A stretch of DNA of 64,000 nucleotides from Acidobacteriota bacterium (lineage in GTDB: Bacteria; Acidobacteriota; Thermoanaerobaculia; Gp7-AA8). The notes beneath the pieces are model-generated. The model was given only the letters and a program-made list of their open reading frames with translations. It had not been told where the DNA came from and did not search any database. The stretch covers positions 389,586 to 453,585 of the forward strand of contig JAFATB010000022.1 of the NCBI GenBank assembly GCA_019244185.1, in the 5' to 3' direction. This document shows positions 1 through 7,816 of the stretch, piece by piece. The position numbers were made by a program, and so were the translations under genes. Position 1 is the stretch's first letter; each line of letters opens with the position of its first letter.

Positions 1-6
1 ACACTG

Positions 7-2442
7 ATGCAACGCCGCTTCGCGTTGAACAACGCTGTCCCCGATACGCCTGCGGTCGAGAGCAGCGTTTCTGAAAATCAGTGGCAGCGGATTTTCGGAT
101 CGCTTGGGTTGGGACTCGGGGACCCGGGCACATTCGACCGCTTTCTTGTGCAGCTGGACGAGGAAACCAATCCGAGCCTACGCATCAATCATCGTTACCT
201 TGGCGAGCTTTTGCCGCACGACAACATGATCAGTTACCTGTCGTCGATGCTCGCGACGTTTCTCAATGAGAATGCGATCATCGGCAAGGCGTCGCCTTGC
301 GTGACGCATATGGAGATGGCGGCCGTGCGCTGGCTGCTCAATCTCGTCGGCTGGGATGGCCAGTTCCGCATCAACGGGCAGGCAACGCAGATTCCGCTGC
401 AGCGTCTGCCGATTGCTCCGTCGCCGAATCAACATTTCCAACGCTGGGATGCGGAAGAGCCGACCGGCGCCATTGTGGCCGGCGGCACCATCGCGAACAT
501 CAGCGCGCTACTCGTCGCGCGGAACGCTGTCTTCGACTATCTCCTCGGCTTGCAGGGCGCCGTCCAGACGCTCGGTCCGGGCGTGGCCTGGGAGGCGATT
601 CAAAAGGCGTGGGGCTACCGTCGGATGGTCGTCCTCACCTCGCTGGGAACGCATTACTCGGTCAAGAAAGCAGCATTGCAAGCTGGCATTCCGCCTGCCA
701 ATGTTATCGAAATCGCAGGCTCGCAAAACCCCTGGGTGCTGGATGTCGGCGCGTTCCGCGCCAAGATCGAAACCCTGCAGCCCAGCGATCTCGTGGTGGC
801 CGTGGTGCTCATCGCCGGCAAGACCGAGACCGGCTATGTCGACGAGATTGGTGCGATTGCGAACGCGCTCGATGCCTATGCGGAACAGGACGAAAGCAGC
901 CGAACCTTGCCGGCGTATCACACGATCGCGCCGCGTCTGCAGGAGCATTGGGACGCGATTTGCGGCCTGATTCAGGCCAATCTTTTGGACTCGGAAAAAG
1001 CCCTTCAGCAGATCACAACGCTGCGGCAGGCGAATGCTGCCGCAAAATCGACCGCGACGCTCTATGCTGATCTGGCACTCGGCGGTCAGAACGAAGTGGT
1101 AGGGTCCCGGCACAATCGCCTGTTTCTGCACGTTGATGCCGCTCATGGTGGTGGCTATCTGACCGTGCCGGAATTGCGCCATTCGGTGTTTTCCGGCATC
1201 GAGCATGCGGACACGATTACGATCGACGGTCACAAGTCGTTTTATTGCTATTACCCGTGCGGCGGAGTATTGATCCGAACGACGCGATGGGCGCAGACGC
1301 TTACGACCGGTCACAGCGACTATATCAGCGAGGAAACGAATTACGAGGCGTATCCGGAAACAGCCGCGGTGTTCGAGCGGCTGCGCGGCGAGCAAAAGCA
1401 ATTCGAGCAGGGAAAATTGCGTCCGCTCAACCTTCAGATCCGGCAACGTCATCTCGACGAAATCGCCGCATGGCATTCGCTGGCGCGGCGTTCGCTCGGC
1501 GAAAGCCGATCGGAACTGACGCATCAGCCCTTCAATCAGTACCTGGAGGGTTCCCGCGGCGCGCAGGGGATCATGCAGTTGTATTTCAATCTCGCGACGC
1601 TCGGATTGCGCGGCTATCAGTCCATTCTCGAATGGACCTGTTTATTGCGCAGTCGATGCGAAGAAGCGATCTCTCTGGGAATGTCCGATCTCCGCCCAGT
1701 GACAGATCTTCCACTCCCGGCGAGCTTGTATGCGACGGACAAGAGTTGGGCGATTGCGACGGCGACGCTGCAGCCGGAAGACATCGGGCGGGACGTGCCG
1801 GAGGCGGTCGTGCCGATCGCCGGTGGACGGTTTTTGCGACTGAGCGCGGGAAATTGTAACCAGGTGTTGCTCACGTACATCCCTGCGCATGAGGCCAAGC
1901 TGATCGTCTCCGCTGACACGCAGTATTGGAGCGAGGAGATCGGTGGCCAGTCACGAATCCGAACCACAATGGAGTACCTGTGGCGGGTGAACGAACAGCT
2001 CTGGAATGAGCACGTCTATGCGAATCCGAATTTCACGTATTACGTGGGGCACACCGCACTCGAAATGAAGCTTCCGTATGCGTTGGTCAAAGATGACGAT
2101 GAGCCGCGCAAGAAGGAGTTCGTGAAGATGCTGGCGGCGTGGAATGCATGGAGTCGTTGGCCGGAAGCACGTGAAACAGGTTTCTTCCGCGCGCTTGCGG
2201 AGGCGGTGAAGGCGGATGAACCGGTGCAAAAGCGAAAGAATGAACCGGAGAACTCGCACAGTCGAAAGCGCGTCCAGAGCGTCTTGAAGTTCTTCTGCCA
2301 CAAGATCATCCTCATGCATCCGTTCACCGACGAATCACTGGTTGGCGACATGCTGCGGCGAATGGCCTTCTGGGGAGAAATCAGCGTCCGCGATGTCCGC
2401 ACAGCGGACGCGGCGGCGAAGGTGCTCCGCGGACTTCAGTGA
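7..2442 (+). CDS. Group II pyridoxal-dependent decarboxylase with unusually long N- and C-terminal extensions (811 aa); may continue upstream of window start
   Basis: PLP-lysine motif ...HVDAAHGGGY...IDGHKSFYCYYPCGG..., typical small-domain motif QGIMQLYFNLATLGLRGY; ATG at 7 but upstream unknown. Confidence 0.7.
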   Translation: MQRRFALNNAVPDTPAVESSVSENQWQRIFGSLGLGLGDPGTFDRFLVQLDEETNPSLRINHRYLGELLPHDNMISYLSSMLATFLNENAIIGKASPCVTHMEMAAVRWLLNLVGWDGQFRINGQATQIPLQRLPIAPSPNQHFQRWDAEEPTGAIVAGGTIANISALLVARNAVFDYLLGLQGAVQTLGPGVAWEAIQKAWGYRRMVVLTSLGTHYSVKKAALQAGIPPANVIEIAGSQNPWVLDVGAFRAKIETLQPSDLVVAVVLIAGKTETGYVDEIGAIANALDAYAEQDESSRTLPAYHTIAPRLQEHWDAICGLIQANLLDSEKALQQITTLRQANAAAKSTATLYADLALGGQNEVVGSRHNRLFLHVDAAHGGGYLTVPELRHSVFSGIEHADTITIDGHKSFYCYYPCGGVLIRTTRWAQTLTTGHSDYISEETNYEAYPETAAVFERLRGEQKQFEQGKLRPLNLQIRQRHLDEIAAWHSLARRSLGESRSELTHQPFNQYLEGSRGAQGIMQLYFNLATLGLRGYQSILEWTCLLRSRCEEAISLGMSDLRPVTDLPLPASLYATDKSWAIATATLQPEDIGRDVPEAVVPIAGGRFLRLSAGNCNQVLLTYIPAHEAKLIVSADTQYWSEEIGGQSRIRTTMEYLWRVNEQLWNEHVYANPNFTYYVGHTALEMKLPYALVKDDDEPRKKEFVKMLAAWNAWSRWPEARETGFFRALAEAVKADEPVQKRKNEPENSHSRKRVQSVLKFFCHKIILMHPFTDESLVGDMLRRMAFWGEISVRDVRTADAAAKVLRGLQ

Positions 2443-2469
2443 CTTCGGTCGCTGTGGCAACTCGTCCGC

Positions 2470-3969
2470 TCACTCACCGGCCGCTTGCTCCTCTTCCGGC
2501 GTGAGCGGTTTCATCAGCGGGAACCACACCACGTCGCGCAGGTTCGGCGCGTCGGTGAGGAGCGCGACAAAGCGGTCGATGCCCATGCCCCAGCCGGAGA
2601 TCGGCGGCATGCCGAATTCCATCGCGGTGAGGTAGTCCTCGTCGACCGGCATCGCTTCATCATCTCCTTTTTTCCGCAGTTCCGCCTGATCCTCGAAGCG
2701 GCGGCGCTGGTCGAGCGGGTCGACGAGCTCGGAGTAGGCGTTGATGACTTCCCACGTGTCGACGACGAGCTGGAAGCGGTCGACGGCGGCGGGGTTCGCG
2801 TCGTTGCGGCGCGCGAGCGGGGAGAGGTCGACGGGATGGCCGACGATGAACGTCGGCTGGATGAGTTTCGGACGCGCGGTGCGCTTGTAGAGCTGGTCGA
2901 TGAGACTGCCGCGGCCCGCGGTCGGATTGTCGAGGTCGACCTTCGCGGCGAAGATCGCGGCGCGGAGCGAGTCGGCGTCGGCGTGCGCGTCGATGTCGAT
3001 GCCGCTGTTCTCGAGGATGACGTCGGCGAGCCGTTTGCGCGGCCACGGCTGCGCGAAGTCGATCGTGTGGCCGCCGCGCTCGATCTGCAGCGTGCCGACG
3101 GCTTCCTGGATGGCGTGACGGAGGAGGTCCTCCGTGAACGTCATGTTGTCCTCGTAGTTCCAGTACGCGGCGTAGTACTCCAGCATCGTGAATTCCTGGA
3201 GGTGCGACGCGGCGAGTCCCTCGTTGCGGAAGCAGCGCGCGAACTCGTAGACGCGGTCGTAGCCGCCGACGACGAGGCGCTTGAGGTACGTCTCCGGCGC
3301 GATGCGGAGGACGACGTCCATGTCGAGGGCGTTGTGGTGCGAGAAGAACGGCCGCGCCAGCGCGCCCGACTGCTGCGTGTTGAGGATCGGCGTTTCGACC
3401 TCGACGAAGCCGCTGCGGTTGAGGAAGTCGCGGATCGCGTTGACGCTCTTCGTGCGGATGCGGAAGCGCTCGCGCGTCTCCTCGTTCGAGACGAGGTCGA
3501 GGTAGCGCTTGCGCCAGTTCGTCTCGACGTCCTTGACGCCCTGGTATTTGTTCGGCGGCGGCTGGAGCGTCTTGCCGAGCATGACCCAGTCGTGGACGCG
3601 GATGGTCAGCTCGCCTTTGTCGGTGTGGTACATCTCACCGTCGACGCCGAGGAAATCCCAGCGGTCGACGTACTTCGTGAAGAGCTCGTACTTGTGGCGG
3701 CTCTTTTCGGGATCGGCGTCGAGCTGATCGCGGATGAGCGCGAGCTGGATGTGCCCGTCGAAGTCTTCGAGCGTGGCGAAGGTGAGCTTGCCGAAGCGGC
3801 GGAGCTGACCGACGCGGCCGGCGGCGCGGACGTGCGTGCCGTCGGGGAGCGCCATGATCTCGCGGAGCGTATGCGTGCGCGCGAAGCGGTCGGGATGCAC
3901 TTGCAGGCCTTCGCGCTCGAGGGCCGCGCGCTTCTCGATCCTGACCTCGCGTAAGGACTGTTCGGCCAT
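2470..3969 (-). CDS. lysS: Lysine--tRNA ligase (class II)
   Basis: 499 aa starting MAEQSLREVRIEKRAALEREG; class II motifs (FRNEG..., GMGIDR), OB anticodon-binding N-term; ORF track 2470..5055 extended upstream by antisense read-through of neighbouring gene, true ATG at 3969. Confidence 0.9.
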   Translation of the reverse strand: MAEQSLREVRIEKRAALEREGLQVHPDRFARTHTLREIMALPDGTHVRAAGRVGQLRRFGKLTFATLEDFDGHIQLALIRDQLDADPEKSRHKYELFTKYVDRWDFLGVDGEMYHTDKGELTIRVHDWVMLGKTLQPPPNKYQGVKDVETNWRKRYLDLVSNEETRERFRIRTKSVNAIRDFLNRSGFVEVETPILNTQQSGALARPFFSHHNALDMDVVLRIAPETYLKRLVVGGYDRVYEFARCFRNEGLAASHLQEFTMLEYYAAYWNYEDNMTFTEDLLRHAIQEAVGTLQIERGGHTIDFAQPWPRKRLADVILENSGIDIDAHADADSLRAAIFAAKVDLDNPTAGRGSLIDQLYKRTARPKLIQPTFIVGHPVDLSPLARRNDANPAAVDRFQLVVDTWEVINAYSELVDPLDQRRRFEDQAELRKKGDDEAMPVDEDYLTAMEFGMPPISGWGMGIDRFVALLTDAPNLRDVVWFPLMKPLTPEEEQAAGE

Positions 3970-3993
3970 TGCGGTGCCGGAGGATAGCAGAGC

Positions 3994-5238
3994 GTGAATA
4001 ATGGCGCGCGCATGAACATCGAGGCCATTCGAGCTGCCTTTCCCGCGCTGCAGCGCGTCCACAACGGCCAGCCGGTCGCGTACTTCGACGCGCCCGGCGG
4101 AACGCAGGTGCCGCGCGCGGTCGCCGAGGCGATGACGGACTATCTCTTTCATCACAACGCGAACACGCACTGGTCGTATCCGACGAGCGCGGAGACCGAC
4201 GCGATCATCGCGAACGCGCGCGCGGCGATGGCGGACCTGCTGAACGCGCGGCCGGACGAGATCGCGTTCGGCGCGAACATGACCACGCTTACGTTTCACC
4301 TCGCGCGGGCGCTGGGGCGGACGTGGGACGACGGGGACGAGGTCATCGTCACCGAGCTCGATCATCACGCGAACGTCGCGCCGTGGCGCGCGCTGTCGAT
4401 CGACCGCGGGATCGTGGTGAAGATGGCGCGGCTGATTCCGGAGACGATGCAGCTCGACTACGAGCATCTCGCCTCGCTGGTGACGGAGCGGACGAAGCTC
4501 ATCGCGGCCGGCGGCGCGTCGAACGCGATCGGCACGATCAACGACCTGCAGCGCATCGCGAAGCTGGCGCGCGATGCGAACGCGCTCTTCTTCGTCGATG
4601 CCGTGCACTTGACGCCGCACGAGCTCGTCGATGTCGAGGCCATCGGCTGCGATTTTCTGGCGTGCTCGTCGTACAAGTTCTACGGTCCGCACGCGGGGAT
4701 TCTCTTCGGACGTTTCGGCTTGCTCGACGTGCTGCCGTTCCCGAAGCTCGCGCCCGCGCCGGACCGCGCGCCGGAGCGCGTCGAGACGGGGACGCAGAAT
4801 CACGAGGGGATCGCGGGGATCGCGGCGACGGTCGACTTTCTCGCGTCGCTTGGTGGTGACGGCGGGGACAATGCCTGTACAAGGCGCGAGCGGCTGACGC
4901 GCGCGTACGCGTCGCTGCACGAGAGCGGCCTGCGGCTGACGCGGATGTTGTGGGATGCGCTGACGTCGATGAAGCACGTGCGCGTGTTCGGTCCGCCGCC
5001 GACGCAGCCGCGCACGCCGACGCTGTCGTTCACGATCGAAGGCGCCGACTGCCACGACGTCGCGCGGGTGCTCGCAGAACGTGCGCTCTTCGCGAGCAGC
5101 GGCGACTTTTACGCGACGACGGTCTGCGAGCGGCTGGCGCTCGAGTCGCTCGTGCGCGTCGGCTGCGGCTGCTACACGACGGCGGACGAAGTGCAGCGGC
5201 TCATCGACGCGGTCGAACGGCTCCGGATCTTGCAGTAG
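3994..5238 (+). CDS. Class V aminotransferase-fold PLP enzyme, cysteine desulfurase / selenocysteine lyase-like
   Basis: SSYKFYGPHAGILFGR PLP-lysine region, HHNANTHW..., overall SufS/CsdA-like architecture; alternative start ATG 4012. Confidence 0.8.
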   Translation: MNNGARMNIEAIRAAFPALQRVHNGQPVAYFDAPGGTQVPRAVAEAMTDYLFHHNANTHWSYPTSAETDAIIANARAAMADLLNARPDEIAFGANMTTLTFHLARALGRTWDDGDEVIVTELDHHANVAPWRALSIDRGIVVKMARLIPETMQLDYEHLASLVTERTKLIAAGGASNAIGTINDLQRIAKLARDANALFFVDAVHLTPHELVDVEAIGCDFLACSSYKFYGPHAGILFGRFGLLDVLPFPKLAPAPDRAPERVETGTQNHEGIAGIAATVDFLASLGGDGGDNACTRRERLTRAYASLHESGLRLTRMLWDALTSMKHVRVFGPPPTQPRTPTLSFTIEGADCHDVARVLAERALFASSGDFYATTVCERLALESLVRVGCGCYTTADEVQRLIDAVERLRILQ

Positions 5239-5250
5239 GATGCGTCTCGT

Positions 5251-5883
5251 ATGGCGAAGCGACCCACGAACGAGCCCGAGCCGCAGTCATCCCGCACGAG
5301 TCTGATCATCCTCTCCGCCGGCGCGATCGTCGTCATGGCCATCGTCGGCTGGGCGCTGACGCGCAGCGTGACGCCGTCGGTGCCCGATGCGCCGACGCTG
5401 ACGGGCACGACGGTCGATTCGTCGACGTCCGTCGCGACGACGGCGCCCTCATCCACCGCGACGTCACCGACCGGCACGCTGCCGCCGCTCACCACGGCCG
5501 CGAACACGCCGACGGCGGACGAGCGGGTCATGGATACCGAGGAAGATAAGCGGAACGTGCCGCGCATCGCGGTCGAGGATCTGATTGGCAAAGTCAAACG
5601 CGGCGAGGTGACGGTGATCGACGTGCGCGATGAGGCGTCGTTCTTCCGCGGGCACATTCCGGGCGCGCTGCACATTCCGCTCGCCAGCGTCGAGAGCCAG
5701 CTCGCGGCCATTCCGCGCGGGAAGCCGATCGTCACGTACTGTACGTGACCCAACGAAGAATCGAGCGCCGGTGCGGCGCTCATCCTGCAGCACAACGGCG
5801 TCCAGAACGTTTCCGCGCTGGCCGGCGGCTTCCACGCCTGGCAGAACATGGGGCAGACGGTGGCCACCGGAACGGCGCAGTAA
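5251..5883 (+). CDS. Membrane-anchored single-domain rhodanese sulfurtransferase interrupted by in-frame TGA at 5746-5748 (candidate selenocysteine, or nonsense/pseudogene)
   Basis: N-terminal TM helix, Thr/Ser/Pro-rich linker, rhodanese fold (VIDVRDEASFFRGHIPGALHIP...PIVTYCT-TGA-PNEESSAGAALILQHNGVQNVSALAGGFHAWQNMGQ); the 44 codons after TGA are in frame and supply the conserved C-terminal GGxxAW helix of rhodanese; ORF track stops at 5748. Confidence 0.55.
5763..5781 (+). promoter_or_regulatory. GC-rich hairpin GAGCGCC-GGUGC-GGCGCUC 14 nt downstream of the in-frame UGA; candidate bacterial SECIS-like element
   Basis: perfect 7-8 bp stem, apical loop GGUGC with G at first positions, UGA-to-loop distance ~24 nt (within range reported for bacterial SECIS). 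Confidence 0.3.
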
Positions 5884-5901
5884 TCGCAGCGCAGTGGCGG
5901 C

Positions 5902-6309
5902 GTGTTTACGCTCGTTCCGCACATCGCTGACGTTCGCGTGCTCTTGCGCGCGGCGACGCTGGAAGCGCTCTTCGCCGACGCCGTCTTCGGCATGTACGCG
6001 GTGATGCGCGACGAGGAGACGACCAGCAACACGTCGCCGGTGACGCGCACGATCGCCGTCGACGACTCCGCCGATACGACCGCGCTCCTCGTCGATTTCC
6101 TCAATGAAGTCCTGCACCGCGCGCACGTCGCGCGCGAGCGCTTCACGCATGTCGCGTTCACGCGCTTCGAGGAGCGCTCGCTCACCGCGGAGCTCACCGG
6201 CATCGCACCCGCATCGTTCGAAGAGGACGTGAAGGCGGTGACGTATCACGAGGCCGACGTGCGCCGCGACGGCGACGACTGGACGACGATGCTCGTGTTC
6301 GACCTATGA
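5902..6309 (+). CDS. Archease (RtcB activator)
   Basis: GTG start; VFTLVPHIADVRVL...YHEADVRRDGDDWTTMLVFDL matches archease family; stop overlaps rtcB start (ATGA). Confidence 0.8.
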   Translation: MFTLVPHIADVRVLLRAATLEALFADAVFGMYAVMRDEETTSNTSPVTRTIAVDDSADTTALLVDFLNEVLHRAHVARERFTHVAFTRFEERSLTAELTGIAPASFEEDVKAVTYHEADVRRDGDDWTTMLVFDL

Positions 6310-7691
6310 AGAAATCGGATTTCGAAAAGCTCGACGAGTTCCTGTGGGAGATCCCGCAGACCCACCGCGGCGACATGCGCGTGCCGGCGCGCGTCTACGC
6401 GACCGAGGAGATGCTCGACTCGATCGTGCGCGACCGGTCGCTCGAGCAGCTGGTCAACGTGGCCACGCTGCCGGGCATTCAGAAGTACGCCATCGCGATG
6501 CCGGACGTGCACGAGGGCTACGGCTTTCCGATCGGCGGCGTGGCCGCGGTCGATGCGCGCGACGGCGTCGTGTCGCCCGGCGGCATCGGCTACGACATCA
6601 ACTGCGGCGTGCGCCTGCTGCGCGCGTCGACGTCGTTCTCCGAAGTCGAGCCGCGCCTCGGGAAGCTCGCGCATTCGATCGCGCGCGAGGTGCCGTCCGG
6701 CGTCGGCCGCGGCGGCGCGCTGAAACTCAACGCGACCGACTTCGAGCTCGTGCTGCGCGACGGCGCGTCGCGCGCGATCGAGATGGGCTACGGCACTGCC
6801 GATGACGTCGCGCACATCGAGTCGAACGGGAAACTCGACGGCGCGGAGCCGCATCTCGTCTCCGGCGCGGCGCGCGAGCGCGGACACGACCAGCTCGGCA
6901 CCATCGGCTCCGGCAACCATTTCGTCGAGATCGATCGCGTCGACACCGTCTACGACGCCGACGAAGCGTCGCGCCTCGGCATCGCTTTCAACTCCCTCGT
7001 CGTGCAGATCCACACCGGTTCCCGCGGGCTCGGCCACCAGGTCGCCACCGACTCGCTGCGCGTCATGACCAAGGTGATGGCGCAGTACGGCATCGAGGTC
7101 GCGGATCGCGAGCTCGCCTGCGCGCCGCTGTCGTCGAGGGAAGGGCAGAAGTACCTCGCCGCGATGGCCGCCGCCGCGAACTTCGCGTTCGCGAATCGGC
7201 AGGTGATCACCGCCGGCATCCGCCGCGCGTGGCAGCGCGAGTTTCCCGACGACCCGGTCGCAATCGTCTACGACGTCGCGCACAACGTCGCGAAGGTCGA
7301 GCGCTACGGCGACGCGGACGTCGTCGTGCACCGCAAGGGCGCCACGCGCGCGTTTCCGGGACAGCCGGTGCTGATCCCCGGCAGCATGGGCACGGCGTCG
7401 TACCTGCTCGTCGGGCAGGACGCGTCGATGACGCAGACGTTCGGCTCGAGCTGCCACGGGGCGGGACGGATGATGTCGCGCACGCGCGCGCGAAACGAGA
7501 TCAACGCCGAAGAGCTGCGCGGGCGGTTGCGCAAGCTCGGCATCGTCGCCGAGGCGGGATCGTCGAAGGGGCTCGTTGAAGAAGCACCGGAGGCGTACAA
7601 GGACATCGACGCGGTGGTCGATGTCGTCGCGCGCGCGGGCATCGCGAAGAAAGTCGCGCGCTTCGTGCCGATTGCGGTGATCAAGGGCTGA
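6306..7691 (+). CDS. rtcB: RNA 3'-phosphate/5'-OH ligase RtcB
   Basis: 461 aa, motifs PDVHEGYGFPIGGV, GSGNHFVEI, SCHGAGR typical of RtcB. Confidence 0.9.
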   Translation: MKKSDFEKLDEFLWEIPQTHRGDMRVPARVYATEEMLDSIVRDRSLEQLVNVATLPGIQKYAIAMPDVHEGYGFPIGGVAAVDARDGVVSPGGIGYDINCGVRLLRASTSFSEVEPRLGKLAHSIAREVPSGVGRGGALKLNATDFELVLRDGASRAIEMGYGTADDVAHIESNGKLDGAEPHLVSGAARERGHDQLGTIGSGNHFVEIDRVDTVYDADEASRLGIAFNSLVVQIHTGSRGLGHQVATDSLRVMTKVMAQYGIEVADRELACAPLSSREGQKYLAAMAAAANFAFANRQVITAGIRRAWQREFPDDPVAIVYDVAHNVAKVERYGDADVVVHRKGATRAFPGQPVLIPGSMGTASYLLVGQDASMTQTFGSSCHGAGRMMSRTRARNEINAEELRGRLRKLGIVAEAGSSKGLVEEAPEAYKDIDAVVDVVARAGIAKKVARFVPIAVIKG

Positions 7692-7816
7692 CGCCGACGC
7701 GTCGCGGCGCGTTTGCGCGCATCGCAAAAGTTGCTGTCACCCCTTGCGCATCGGGCTTTCCGGCCTTATGTCTGTACCACTCGCCTTAATTGGGTCCAGA
7801 CAAACGGGAGGCTTCG

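Noticed and set aside
2485-3954. 489-aa plus-strand ORF antisense to lysS, and similar long antisense ORFs (7823..9769-, 17546..19318-, 40681..42894-, 49365..50975-, 53867..56563+, 59363..62848+ and others)
   Set aside because: Arg/Ala/Gly/Asp-rich low-complexity translations, typical of stop-codon-poor antisense frames in ~70% GC DNA. Each lies exactly opposite a gene with clear conserved motifs.
5251-5748. Treating the rhodanese as a simple 165-aa protein ending at the TGA
   Set aside because: Truncation at this point removes the active-site loop and C-terminal helix of the domain. The downstream in-frame 44 codons complete the fold, so a plain stop is the least likely reading. Pseudogene remains a stated alternative.
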